A stretch of DNA of 64,000 nucleotides from Phoronis australis. Taxonomy: Eukaryota > Animalia > Phoronida. The notes under the pieces were generated by a model. That model made no database searches, was not told the origin of the DNA, and saw only the letters and a list, made by a program, of their open reading frames with translations. This document shows positions 22,701 through 37,700 of this stretch, one piece after another. Position numbers and translations under genes: made by a program. Numbering within the stretch: position 1 is the first letter of the stretch; each line of letters opens with the position of its first letter. The stretch covers positions 710,155 through 774,154 of the forward strand of contig NMRA01000126.1 of NCBI GenBank assembly GCA_002633005.1, written 5' to 3'.

Positions 22701-25700
22701 TACACCTTGTGCCAAATTTCATCAAAATACAAGCAGCCATTTTATTGAGATATCAAGCAAACAACTGATCAACAGCGCAAACAACTGATCAACAGCACAA
22801 ACAGACAAAACGACAACTACGGGGTGCTGCAGTACCTGAAACTGAATAAAATTCGACCAGTGCCGATGGAATGCCATCACATACCCCTCTGCCAAGTTTC
22901 ATTGACATCTGTCAATTGGGTCTCTAAACATCATCCGAAAACACCCTACCACATTAAAAAGTACAGCAAAAGCACCTTGTCGAGGTCAAAACAGCCACTA
23001 GGGAGTGTTGCAGTGGTAGAATATAAAAGAAAATCAACTGGTGAGGCGCACTGTTGCATTCTTCTTTGTCAAGTGTCATTGAAATTTGTCCATTGGCTCT
23101 CAAGTCATCATGCAGAAAATCTCGTCCCCTAAAAATATGACTGAAAAAGCTCCTTGTCGAGACCAAAATGATAACTAGGACTGCTGCAGTGGTCAAAGCC
23201 ACCCGAAAATTGGCTGGTGACGGTGCACTGTTGTAACATACCTCTGTGTCAAGTTTCACTGAAATCCAATTACCAGTTCACCAGATATCACCTGGAAACT
23301 CTCTTCCCCAGAACACTGAAAAGCCCCCACCACTTAAGCCCTGGGCAGATTGAAAATTGGAGTGCATTGTTCTAGTGATGCACTACTTGTTCCAAATGTC
23401 ATCAAGATCCAACCAGAGATTTTTTTTGAGATATTGAGGACACCCGGACACACTGATGACAATGTGCAACCATTATATAATGAGCACATAAAAAGAATGT
23501 AATCAGTGTTTCCATGCACCCCTCTCACACGATGGAATCAGCCAGTTTTGTTTAACAGTGTTACCTGCAGGGCAATGTTTCCTAGAGTATCCAAACCGAT
23601 CTGTTTCAAAGACGAGTACTTGTTATGGGCACACAGCATCAAGAACCGGAATGCTGTGGGATGATTGGCCAACACCATGCTGTTCTCTGGCTCAAATGAA
23701 AGATTCCGCAGAATCACGGCGATCTGCAATCACACAATGACTTGATCAATAAAGATCACCTCTTCACGGCATTAACTTATAATAAATACAGTTAAAAATC
23801 CTCCACGCACACTTCATGACTGTTTTCAAGCAATTATATATTAGTAGGACTTCCACACAGCATTCTATGGATAGCCTTTTGAGATTAAACACTAACAGTG
23901 TGATTGCATGTCGCGTACCTCGAGAATATTTCGCACAAAAAATATTTGCTAATCTATTAATTTGATACACTTTGTGGCTCACTTTCAATCTTTTTATTTT
24001 TGTATAATGGTTGCTTAGCTGTACTGATACACCAAAAAGCATGTTGAAGTGAACTCGTGACATCATTTCAGGTGCGGTGAAGTCAAAAGTGTTGGTTTTT
24101 GTCATATTGTTTACCGTGATGTTACTGAACGTTTGCGAGAAAATAATCATTCCACAATGCATTTCAAAAATGACAACAGCCCCATAGATGAAATCCCTTG
24201 AATTATTTAACACTACACGTATGTCAAATGCTGATACTAGAGGTGAACAAACAGCACAAGTCCACACCCCACATCTTTACCTGTAATTACACTTGACCTA
24301 CCTGTAACACACGCTGTCCCTCCAAGTCACTAATTCCTAAGTCACGGTCCAAGTTTAACACCCCTTTACCATTGTAGTCAGTTACATCCAACAATTTGTC
24401 TACAACAAACATACACCAATCTTTTGAAAAGAAAAAAACTTCAAAGACACAGACATCAAATTTGAATGCATTTTTATGACAATACAAAATGTTGTTGTGA
24501 TGGTGCCAAGTTGACAGTACACATCCATCAGTCGCACAAATTTTGAAGCACTGCCCGGCATAACAATAAAAACACAAGGATCTATCCTTTCAGCTACTGC
24601 ATTTTGGATAGATACATGGTAAACACTGCATAACTTCGTGACTACTATATACCTCAAAACGTGTACATTAGTTCACCAACTTATTGTTATACGTGTACAT
24701 GCAAGCTCACTGCTTCTTGAGCATGGAAATGGTAAAGCGACCACTGTTTGGCACATCAAAAACAAATGTATACATGAGTGTGTCATGAGCTACACTAAGA
24801 ACAACAAACAAAAAACAATTCTGGTGTCTTAAGAAACAGTTAAAACAGTGCAGGTTGGAAAATGTGACAAACCAATGTGTGTATAAAGCATCAATATATA
24901 AACAAACAAACAAGCAATCACAGTATTTTCAAGTCAGAATAAATGCCACTGGGATGAACGCTATTCTGATTGCTTTGATGTAAATTTAAGATCATACCCC
25001 TACTAATATCAGCACCACATGCTACCTGAAACTCGTATATATCCCAGCCTTACACTGGCTTGGAGCAATGATTTTCTTGACTACACTTCAAATTTTTTGG
25101 ACATAAAAACCTCCCAAACTAATCAAAACAACAAATTTTTGAGTTGACCATTCTCCAGCATTACACAGCTGTCTGGCCATCCTTTAATTATGCATCAGTC
25201 CACACCAAATTAGGTCCAACAAAGTACTAAGTGAGATTTGCCCAATTATGACCATACCAATACAGAGTGAATGACTTACACAGCACTGAAGTACTACATA
25301 TTAGAATAAACGTGATTGTCAATTCAAAGAGGGCCACCAAATTAGAACACAACTGACACATTCCATGTCTGAACAATCCCACAATATCCAAACACTGGTG
25401 ACATACATTCTAGAAAAAGAGACATTTTGGGCATTTAAACCACATCTTAAGAGGAATCTGCATTGGTGACAGACTGAGTAGATTCGGTTATCTTTTACAG
25501 ATGCCATTTAGCAACCAAAGTCGGATTCTTCACTTTAAGTGCTTTGGGGTTTAAAAACACTGCCACACCCATCTAATCTTGAATTACAGAAGACTGAGCC
25601 GGCAACTCAAGTCACTAACAATGCAAACACGCGCCATTCTTGAACTTGCAATTTCAGGGTTGGCCAATCTCAACTAACACTGAAGCACTTTATGCTCCAG

Positions 25701-28700
25701 GTTTCGATGTTCTTGCTTGTAACGAAAATAAAATCCCATCATAGTAACGAATACTATGAGATCGATTTGATGAGAATAAAAGGCCTAATTCCATTTTCAT
25801 TTTAAGCCAGCTAAGTGTGGCTATAATTAATCCTTGAGAGCATGAAAAGCAACAGATTCTATACATTTATTAATTATCTGACTGAATAAATTCTTGGTTG
25901 AGTCAAAGTCTTGAAGTTGGTACCTTTTTCATAATATTCAGAACATGGTGAAATGAGCTCCTTGATTTCCTTATCTTCCACAGTATCAAACCAGAACTGC
26001 AAGATGAAAAGCAGACATTGGATGAGAGCATCATGGTTATGCTGATGGTATAGCATTCTCCACAACAAAAAGTTGAAAAAAACGAGATTGACTTGGGGTA
26101 AGTCCAGTTCTTCAGTAGTGGAAACTTGTATATCAGTGCAGGATTACATACATAGAATTGTTGGCAAATGCAAACACCAAAACCAACAGCCAACAGAGAG
26201 GGCTCTATGATTAAAAATTGAAACTCAACGCAGATTACTAATGCAAGGTAAATGTTTGAGAGTTCGTACTGAGCGACAGCTACGTAACAAAGGTCTGACC
26301 TACGGTTAGTTCAAACCTGTGGTGGTAGTGCTTTTCAAATTCACTGCTGACGAACCAATTCATGGAGAAATCCAAATTCATTATTATGACAAGTCAAATC
26401 AGGTCTTAGAAAACACTGCAACACTAGTAAATGAGTACCCTGTTAAAACGCCGCCATTTTCAATGACAATAGCATATCAAGATAACAGACATTTTACTTT
26501 GTAACAACTGTACCTTGATAAAGTTGCGCTTGAGGTGTGTACGCCAGTCATCTTCATACAGATCTTTGAATCCTGATGGTCCTGAATGAAAATAGTGCCC
26601 ATTAAATGTGGTCCTCATATGGTAATAAGCACGCAGACACACATAACTATTAAGGATGCAAAGTACAAAACAGGCAAACCATAGTATACCAAAAGCGAAA
26701 ACAATGGGAGTCTGTAAAAGTTGTACTCACCTTCAGTGAATATTCCGACTTGAGCCATCAACAGGTGAAGTATTAATGGTGCATGAGACAGGTGTATTAT
26801 GTGTTTGCCTTCATTTGATAACAGAGTGACGACATTGATGGCGAAGTCGACTTCGTTGGCCAAGCCAGACATCAGTGACTTCTCCAGCTTGTGATAGTCA
26901 CTTTTCTGCACTATATCCAATGACAGGCCCAAGTGTCCACGCAGAGTATCTAGCAGAAATTGGATTTCAGAAGTGTAAAAAACTTATCGAAGAAAACTGC
27001 ACAACACTTGAGGGCACCTAACAGAAAAAAAAACTGTGTAATCCAGATTCAGTTCCCCCAAGTCGAGGCTGTAACACTGGAAAGGCATGATCGAAGTTAG
27101 CCTTGGAACAAAGCTGTATACTAAATATACGGCTTTGTACCGATGTGGGTAAAAAAGTGGCAAGATAAAATCTGGCACAAAATTTGTGTCATTAAAAACT
27201 ACAGTCTTCCTTGAGTAAACTAAATTATTTAACGGTGTTGGAAAAAATGGCGTTCTACCGTTATTCTGCTGCTAAAGTTGTGGAGCGATCTTTAGCGACG
27301 GCTTTCGGCGCCATGAAATATTGCGTCGCCTATTGGCCAGTTTCTTTTTTCGCCGATTCTTCAATCAACTGTTCTTCTTTCACGAGGTTGCGTATACGGG
27401 ATAACAAATTATCGAAACTGGTTTCACTTCATTATAAGTTTTTAGAATTTTTGATACCGAAAAACCGAATTTCAGAAGAAATTTTGCTGCTGCCAAGCTA
27501 TCATCACCTCCCGAGAGATGTCACAAAAATTTAGGAAATGGCGCATGCACGTGACACGAGCGTACTGTTTTCAAAACGACGACATACTTTTCAGTTAGAA
27601 AAGGCCGCGAGTTACGCTAGAAAATGACGTTCATTGCATTTTTTTCACTTAAACGGCTGTAACAGGCAAGGTGAGTTTCGGTTAATTCCCAGATTTTGCA
27701 TGCACCCCGTCCGGTCTTTAGCTTTACATGTTGATAAAAGTTTCATGGCGAGGTGACGAGCAGAACTACCCTGGTTGTGAGCAATTTCGGGGTCTACGGA
27801 AGAAATACACACAGTGGTACCTAGCTGTATTTTGACGACAGTCTTCATACAGCTAACTGGCTGGCTAGATCGAAGTGAGGATTTTGAAAGTTAAAAACCG
27901 TCTGAAGCTGAGCCTCTGCGTAAGCTAAGAGGGATTCTAACCTTGAGGGGAATTTTTACTCACTGGAAGGGAAATTTTGGGACTGATGAGGGGAATTTTC
28001 TTAGCAGTATTTGACACCAGTGTAACATCAATAACAATACTGAATGTAGTCTAACTGCACAGCAAGTTTGTGTAACCAAGTCACCCATTGGTTGGTGAAT
28101 AGCATAGTGTACATTGCACCAGTACTGTACATGTGTTGGCGTGGGCTTTTGACTTTGGGATGCTACCTTCAACATCATTTATTTTGGAGTTACCCAACGT
28201 GAAAAATGGGCCTTTATTTTGTAGCAAGAATGCTGAATTCCAACAAGCAATATCTTTAACTCAAAGCACGGTTATTCAAACCTGACTAAAGGAAACCCAA
28301 CTAAACGTGGCTAAATTCAAACGCGTTAGTGTGATGAGTCAAAAGAGGCCTTGGGAACACTGAGGAATTAGCTGAGCCTGTAAGTTTAAAAACTAAATGT
28401 ATAAAAAGTCAGTCACGACAGGTGTCTCCCAAACTAATGACTTGGATTAACTATTTAATATTCATCACTTGAGCAGACTCACAATACGACTATTGGAATA
28501 AAAAAGTATAAAGGGTCCACAGAAACCATACTATATGGCCATTATTTCTGAGAGCATCACAACAATATTTTCCCCAAAAAACTAAGAATTACAGTGAAGT
28601 GCTGAAATATGAAGCTAATGCAGATACACAAGTGACTGCCTGAGGTAGTAACTAAACATGTCATACTAACATGACACACGACAAATACACAAGACCAATC

Positions 28701-31700
28701 TTTACCTGGTATCTCGTGTTGCCTGTAGTTGTAACTCATAGCCATACTACTGACAGGCGTGTTGGCACGTTTGCGCCGCATCATTCTGTCTTCTTCCTCA
28801 TCCTCTCCACCATCAGCATTATCCAGGTCAGCGCCATGGAAACGAACTCTTTCATACAGATGAAGATACCTGATTGGAGAGGAAACACACATGACATTAT
28901 GTAAAAAGATGCCAACATATGAACAGTGACCCACAAGCAACCATGGTAGTTTGAACTGTTCATAGCATGCGCTCAGAATGATTTAACCATAATTTATTCC
29001 AACGAAATTCCAAGAATGCTTGAAAAAGAACCAGTCAGTTTTCAGATGACCTTCACGACATACTAGTAGTTTGACACGCGTGTCGATGGGTCGAGTCAAG
29101 GTGGGATAAGAAGTTTTGTTGTACGTAGTTTATGAATTGAAAGTTAAATTTCATCACAAAACCTTATGTTTTGATTTAATATCCATTTTGAGCAGATGCC
29201 GAACAGGGCAGGGGTCGAAATAACCATATATCATAAAATTCAGAAAAATATGTATCCTATTGTGTCACATGATCAGACCATGAAGAACAGTTGACTTTCA
29301 AAAAAAAAAAAAAGATTTCAAAACAATTTCAAATATTTTTAGTAAAGTGCAAAGGGCAACTTGCAGTTCACAGTGAAATAACAAGACAATTCCTTATACT
29401 TTTGACACAGAAAATCTGAATATTGTACAAAATCGTATTTTATAGCAACGTATTATATCAAAGTGTATTAAAGTTAAATTTTCACCAGTTACTAAGTAGC
29501 TGGTTGAACATGCCTTTCAGTTCAGCAAAAGTGGCCATGTTATGGGTGCTGCCAGAGTCCAACAGGTATTGTGAGCACTTTAACCACTCAGTAAGTAACA
29601 TCTACCTGACTAAATTCTGGTAACAATGGAGATGCTTGCCAGACTCAGCATTGCTCGGGACATGTCTCACTGATTTGACGTAGGAACCGAACATAGCCGA
29701 AGTTTAAATTTTCCTGTTCTAAGAATTTTGTGAGGAAATGAGTGCTTTTTAAACGAAATATTTACGAATTGCGGAATGAAATAAGAAAGAATTATGGTTC
29801 ATGAGTAACCTTAATTAATAGTCAAGACATGCGTATACATCTTAACTACAACAAATTACTTTTCAACCCATCACTTTAACAGGAATAAACTTTGAATCTT
29901 AATCAGACAACATTATACTAGGCATACAGTATTGTAATGTAATGTTACATGGGAAAGCTTTTCAACTGAGCACACAAAATGGCTCAGTTGTGCAATTTTA
30001 TTTTGTCAAATTTGTCTGCAAAAATAAACATTGATTGAAAAATGACTACACCATAAGCGAACTTGCACAGAACAGTTCACATATTTTTGAACATATAAAC
30101 AATCAGTAAGGCCAAAAAAGCATAGTTGGATCTGGTCTGTACCCAACTCAAATTGAAACAAGCACTCAATGTTAGCCAAGGTATCCTGTTTTTATGAAAA
30201 TCTGTACCAAAAATGGTAACCATGGTTTGAAACGCCATAATTTACCAAGCGATAAGTAAAAAACAAAATAATGTTAAGTATCATTTTTACCCATCTCTTA
30301 TGAGCAACTGGATCCATAACCGACTCATTTTCAAAAAAAGATAATACAGAACAGAACCAACTATGCTTTTCTGGCCTTAATCAACCTTTTAAAATTGAAA
30401 AGTTACAATTTTGGCACACATTTTAGGGCAAAATTGAAGAGAAATTACAAAAATATCCAGCTGATTGCACATACTAATACCAAAAAACTACGTACGACTC
30501 CCATATGTCCCCAGTAAAACCTCACTGTTATACAAGAAATACCTTTTTTCAAATTCAAATTATTACAAAACTACAATAGAAAAACGCCGACACTAGATGC
30601 TCAACTCTCTTACACAAAGATACGTATACACCATTTGTATCATGGCGTACACATTGAAAATTTGAAAAGAATTAGGATGTGTGGGTAAGCTGAGCATTAG
30701 GTGATAAAAAGCAAAGTTTTTATTGAAAATGTTCAGTGTTTCCCTTGGATTTTGAAAGAAGCGTGGTGGTGAATGGTCCCAACGGGTTGCAAAGCCCATT
30801 GTCGCACATGAGTATGGAAAGTGGGATCCCCATTGCCTGGGCTTTGAAAGGATACAGTGGTGAATGGTCGCAGTAGATGTGACAACTGGTGCCGCAATGA
30901 AGTGTCATTGTGTGATCTCAGTGTATAAAGAATTTTGTATCATTCTAACACAGGAAGCGGACATGACAGGACAGAGCCACTAGAATTGAATTCTCCGGGT
31001 CTAGGCACAAACATAGAAGGAAAAAATATATTTGAACCTATTTAGACCTGATTAACTAGGTTGTATTATGAAACTTCCGTTACTATCGTTGATTGCATAT
31101 TTTTGCTCAAAATAAATCAGATGTATCTGCGTTAGCCAACATAGCAGACAACATTTATTCATCCATTCCATGTAGGCGACTACTGAGATAACTAGATTGG
31201 TCTATGGTTCACTAAACTATTGTGCAAAATAATTCACATTGTTGTATGACCTCTTTCGTAAACGTGAACACAAAAAATGAATTAAATTTACCGTTTCTCC
31301 ACCCATTTCACTACCGCTTCGCTAATTTAGAAAACTAATGTCAAGGTCGTTGACTGGTCACCAAGCGCTGTGTCTGACAATCAGCCAGTACTGAATGTTG
31401 GTCAAGTCACTAAGCGAACACGAGGAAGAAATGGGATAAATTGATTATGCTTAATAAGTGAAAAAGTTCAAAATGCAACGTTAAATTATTGTTTTTCTTG
31501 TTCTATCCAAAACCAAAGACAGTAGCCACGTAACTTGTGTATTGCGGATTTATTTTTTACAAGCAATTTTTATGTAGTGGTGAAGTTTTCCCCGTCAGGA
31601 TTAGGCATGTGGCGGCAAACTTGGGCAATGTTATAAGTGGCGGGGCCAAAAAAAGGAGCCTACACATAGGGGAAACACTGCTGTTATCTTTTTTCACAAT

Positions 31701-34700
31701 AACCAACATCTACTTTTAAGTGCTATATTACCTGACAACAGAAATTGCGAGCATTCACAAGCCGTTGACATGACCTTCGAAATTGAAGTCCAAAAAATTA
31801 GCTACAAGGCTATTTGCAATGCGAAAATTGAATTGCCACTCTCTAACTGACATGTGCATTTGAGTAGTTAAGAATACAACTTGAGAAAGGAGAAAACACA
31901 TGCAGAAAAAATTCTTGCCAAAATTCTAGGACTGACCTGACATGTGAATGTCATCAAAGTCGTTGAAGAAACAAATTAACTCTTTCTTCCTTTTGTTCGC
32001 AATTCAAATTTGGCTACTGGAACAATTGTGAAACGTCTTGTAAAAAAAAACCTTATGTGAACTACAACTGAAGCGTTGTATGCCCTGGGCAAATAAACTA
32101 TTGATGAGCCGGAATGATGCAGTGCAAATTTACCAGCAAAATTCTTGTGGCTTATGTTCAAGATTTAGTTTTGAACGAAATAAAAGACATCACAGTACTT
32201 CACCTAAAAGTGGATTTAAATTATCAAGAATTTCCCTTGGCACTAAACATGTGCCACTGCCATGACTGCCACTTTGCCTTCAGAGTTACACAAGGCTGGG
32301 ATTCCGTTCTATAAAGTGACAGCAAAAAAGAATTCTTATTGTAGTGCTAAAATGAGTCAGTGGCTTACTTATAGTCTCCGTAAATGACAACCTCAATATC
32401 ATTTCTAAACCAGCTTTTTATTGTGGAGAGAGCAATGATCTCCCAAAGCTGTGACTTACACACTTACTTTACTTGGGTGTCCAAATGGTGAACAGGACAT
32501 CCCAACTAGGATGACTAAATTTGAGTCAGGGCGTCCATTTGGACGTGCTGGATACCATCTAGATGATAGTCTGATACAACGATTCCCTTTACTGGTAATT
32601 ACGGTATTTTACAAGTGATACAACGATTCCCTTTACTGGTAATAACGGTATTTTACAAGAATTTTTTAAGTCAGAATTTTGTATCTCCTCCAGTCCTTGA
32701 GACCAGCGAAATATTTGAGAACTTACATTGAACAACACTAACTACGCTTGAGCCAATAAATATTGCATTTTTAATTGGGCCTTTGTTTCACCTAAAAAAA
32801 ATCAACCACTGAAGCAAAGAGTTTCCCTCGTCACCTACGACCTTTGAAATTGAAGTCCACTCACCCGAAGTTCAAAAGATTTGCCGTAATGGTAAGACTA
32901 GTAGACAAAGCGAGAGTTAAATTGGCATTCTCTAACTGACGTGCATTCGAGTAGCTACGTGCATACAAATGTCATTTAAGTCATTGAAGATGCAAACCAG
33001 AAAAATCTAATCGCAAATATGCTCCATTTGTTGGCTCTGTTCAAATTTTTTAAATTACGATTGAAAAACTTCTGCGAGAATGATGCAGTGCAAATTTCGC
33101 AAAAATCCTAACTGGACTAAGTGCGGAATTCTGTTATTGGGTGATTTGAGTTTGCTTCTTTGGCACTTGGGTTCATGGAAAAATAGGTCAGGCACAAATA
33201 TGTCGCGTGAGCTTCGGCTCTTAAAACTGCAAGAAAAGAATGGTTATTTTGAAGTATAAATTTGTTGCGTAGTATTGAGAGGTCGTGGTGGACTTCAGGC
33301 CTGGTAAGTGTAAATTTCAACAATATGGCCATTTTTAATGCACTGCAGAAACGGTAACAACACAATGTCTCTGGCAACCACTGCCAATGGTGACGACCGT
33401 AACTTCTGTGAACTCAAGCGAAACGATAAAAAAAACGAGTTGAAACAACAGAGCTACACTTTAATGTGTACCATCTGACAAAGGTCACTGCTTCAATTTT
33501 CATCCCAGACAGTCAGCTTAGTAAATGTCTTGACGGGCCTTTTTCTCTGGGGACCGGAATTTAATCAAGCAGTTGGTCCTCCGGACCGGTGTTTCAAAAA
33601 CTCAGCTGAACCACTGTAATATAATGTAGATTTGCCCGAATTTCATCAACCTAAGTAACTAAAGCGTTACCCATTGGCCGATTTTGAGGCCTCCTCCAGA
33701 TGCAACCAAAAACAATTTAGAGATTATGTATGCCCATTTCTCCCGACAATTGTACCTTTACCTTTGCTAAATCCACCAATGGTTCATTCATACCCACAAA
33801 AATTATGCATGGAATTTGCTGTCTGCGAGAAGTATGACATCAACTTTACCAACTTTCAAGTTCAACCTATTTTAAAATTTATTGAAACATAAATTTAATA
33901 TAAATTTGTTTATAATTGGCAAGACTTATTTATNTGCGTTAGCTAACGTAGCAGACAACATTTATTCATCCATTCCATGTAGGCGACTACTGAGATAACT
34001 AGATTGGTCTATGGTTCACTAAACTATTGTGCAAAATAATTCACATTGTTGTATGACCTCTTTCGTAAACGTGAACACAAAAAATGAATTAAATTTACCG
34101 TTTCTCCACCCATTTCACTACCGCTTCGCTAATTTAGAAAACTAATGTCAAGGTCGTTGACTGGTCACCAAGCGCTGTGTCTGACAATCAGCCAGTACTG
34201 AATGTTGGTCAAGTCACTAAGCGAACACGAGGAAGAAATGGGATAAATTGATTATGCTTAATAAGTGAAAAAGTTCAAAATGCAACGTTAAATTATTGTT
34301 TTTCTTGTTCTATCCAAAACCAAAGACAGTAGCCACGTAACTTGTGTATTGCGGATTTATTTTTTACAAGCAATTTTTATGTAGTGGTGAAGTTTTCCCC
34401 GTCAGGATTAGGCATGTGGCGGCAAACTTGGGCAATGTTATAAGTGGCGGGGCCAAAAAAAGGAGCCTACACATAGGGGAAACACTGCTGTTATCTTTTT
34501 TCACAATAACCAACATCTACTTTTAAGTGCTATATTACCTGACAACAGAAATTGCGAGCATTCACAAGCCGTTGACATGACCTTCGAAATTGAAGTCCAA
34601 AAAATTAGCTACAAGGCTATTTGCAATGCGAAAATTGAATTGCCACTCTCTAACTGACATGTGCATTTGAGTAGTTAAGAATACAACTTGAGAAAGGAGA

Positions 34701-37700
34701 AAACACATGCAGAAAAAATTCTTGCCAAAATTCTAGGACTGACCTGACATGTGAATGTCATCAAAGTCGTTGAAGAAACAAATTAACTCTTTCTTCCTTT
34801 TGTTCGCAATTCAAATTTGGCTACTGGAACAATTGTGAAACGTCTTGTAAAAAAAAACCTTATGTGAACTACAACTGAAGCGTTGTATGCCCTGGGCAAA
34901 TAAACTATTGATGAGCCGGAATGATGCAGTGCAAATTTACCAGCAAAATTCTTGTGGCTTATGTTCAAGATTTAGTTTTGAACGAAATAAAAGACATCAC
35001 AGTACTTCACCTAAAAGTGGATTTAAATTATCAAGAATTTCCCTTGGCACTAAACATGTGCCACTGCCATGACTGCCACTTTGCCTTCAGAGTTACACAA
35101 GGCTGGGATTCCGTTCTTTAAAGTGAGAGCAAAAAAGAATTCTTATTGTAGTGCTAAAATGAGTCACTGGCTTACTTATAGTCTCAGTAAATGACAACCT
35201 CAATATCATTTCTAAACCAGCAAGTTATTTTCAGTGCTCACTTACAAGTGAATTCTCATGTGTTCCATCTAAGAAATTCTCATAACTGTAACTGAGTATT
35301 GAGCCACCTTGAAACCTGTCAGCAAAACTTACTGATAATGCTAAAATCACATCTGACAATCTAATCAAGACAGGTTCATGTTTATAAATGAAGTTTTCCT
35401 AATAACGGTTTTCAAAAGAAATAACTTTATTGGAATTCTTTGAGCAAAAATATCAATAATTTTGCCCCTCTGACACTATTTGGTATTATTCACACACACA
35501 GCAGTCGTCAAGCTTGCCAAACCTTTCATTCTTCGATTCCAATCAATTCCCTAATTTTGCGTTTTTTAAAACATTCTTGGTGGTGTGGGCCGCATATCTT
35601 TGCTATGGTACTCTCATGACAATATTGTGTTTCTTACTGAACATTAGGCCTATGCTAGATTGCACTCCTCTCTTTCGCGGGGATAGAAAAATGCACTGCA
35701 TGACTGACCAACTTTTCAAAATATCAGGTATTACTGAGTTAAATAACAAGTTAAGGCACATTGCACACCCAACACCTATATATTTGCCTTTTAGCATAAC
35801 TCCTTGATGTCAGCATTACAACTCAAAATGCAATACAGGTTTGCCTGCACTACATAGATGAATAATAAATAGGATTCAGTGACTCGAGTACATTTGCATT
35901 ATCAAGACGCAGGACAAGTGGTTGACATGTGTCTCATTGTGGTTGAATACCTTAGAATGAGAGTGGTGGTGTGCTATTTCAGGACGGGCCTATAAGGAAT
36001 TCTATCTACTTCCCTTGGATGAATAGTTGACACACTGAACCTCTCTTTTTAGTCAAATTAATTCCTCAGGCTCTTCTTTACATTTCACCGTTGATGCTGC
36101 TCCAGTAATGTTTACCAATTGGATGCTGCACTGCTCGTTTTGCCCAAATCTTCCTTAAATTGTACCCCTGTACCCTCAACTAATATGCCTATGCTTACGG
36201 TAGCCGTGCGAATGAAGCTTAACATATCAATGGGCTGGCATAATCTGTGAAGGGCTCAAGGACTCAATATTATGAATATAATCTAGCATGCAACCGTTAA
36301 TTTGCTTCTGCAGGAGCTATTTTGATACAAGGCTTCCTTTGATAGCTGTTTCACTGAAATATTCATCTAACACACATTGCAGAACCCTTGTAAAGAGCTT
36401 CCGTCATATTGGCTTTGCTCTTGTAGCACCATTGCAAATTCAAACTTGATGACTAATATGACATTCAAAACTTCACATTCATACTATCTAAAGTCTAGCA
36501 ATCAACAAAAAGAACTAGTGTCAAAGTAAAATGCACTAAGTTGCTTAACAAATGACTAAATTCTCATGATTTGATTTTGAAACTTAACACAGGTGAGCCA
36601 GAGTGAATGCAGCAATCCTGTTACGACGAGTCATGAAACAGGCTGTCAAGAAACTGTACAAGTTTAATGTTTTGCAATTTTTAAGTACACCACAGGTCAG
36701 TTTTATAACTAAACCTACGCCACTGAGAAACCTGTAGCTGAGCAATGTGTTGGACAACAAGTAAGGGAACCATGGACATGTGGACAAAAGAACACAGTGT
36801 ATGGCAGGCTAGATGTGTGTCGAAATGCAGGGATATGAAACTCACAATAAATTATTGTTATGATATCATTATTATTCTCATTACAAGTAATATTGTCAGG
36901 ATTTGACAAACAACTAGTGGTAATAAAATTTCGAAAGGAATGTTTGAATAAAATACCACATAGTAACATGAACTGTGCTATTATTGACAACGACAGATAA
37001 TGAAGTTAACCTACCACAACACATCTTAATTCCTTTACTGCGAAGCTAATTTGCAGGGCAAAAACTTGACTTTGGTCTTGGACCGAGGTTAACCATTCAT
37101 ACCAACTAACACTCCCCCCAAAAATCAACGGATCGACGTTGGTGTGAAAGCCTTACAAAAAGTAGAATCACAGACGGGTATGAGCAGGAATGTTGCACTC
37201 ACCTGATATAGACCTCTTTAAGAGCTTGAGACGCATTTGCACATGCCTTTGGGATGTGAAAAAGGTGATGGATGTCATCCCACTCTTCAGTCACATTAAT
37301 CTGTAACAAAACATTAACAAGTCAACAGCCACAAACCAAGCATGAGTGCTGGGGACAAGGTAGCACTGGCACAAGATATGTTTGAGTACAAAATAGTGAC
37401 TGCTTTCATACAAAAGAAAATTTTAGGAAACACTCGCCAAATTCAGGGATATTTCATCTGCAGCGTTGCTGTAGTTTCTGGGATGTTTGTCTGCTCATAA
37501 ACATCCGGTAACATCACAGATAACTTAGCATCGTGTAAACAACAACGGAAAATAACAGTTGTCACTTGAGCACACCTCAGTTGAAAGCACGGGTCCACTG
37601 CAATATGCTTTTTGGTGTGATTACAACAAAACAACCATCATAGAAGAATTGAAAGCCAGCATCAAAATGCATTGAATAAGTACATAGATAAGCAGATCTT

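Noticed and set aside
23764-24267. 167-aa minus-strand ORF inside ARID2 intron 8
   Set aside because: No recognisable domain; the flanking exons already join in phase (..RVLQ|IAVIL..).
27180-27950. CpG-rich intronic block, possibly a transposon remnant
   Set aside because: No TIRs, TSD or second copy found in the window.
31537-35121. Identical small ORF pairs suggesting a duplicated gene
   Set aside because: Non-coding-looking ORFs repeated only because of the 1287-bp duplication.
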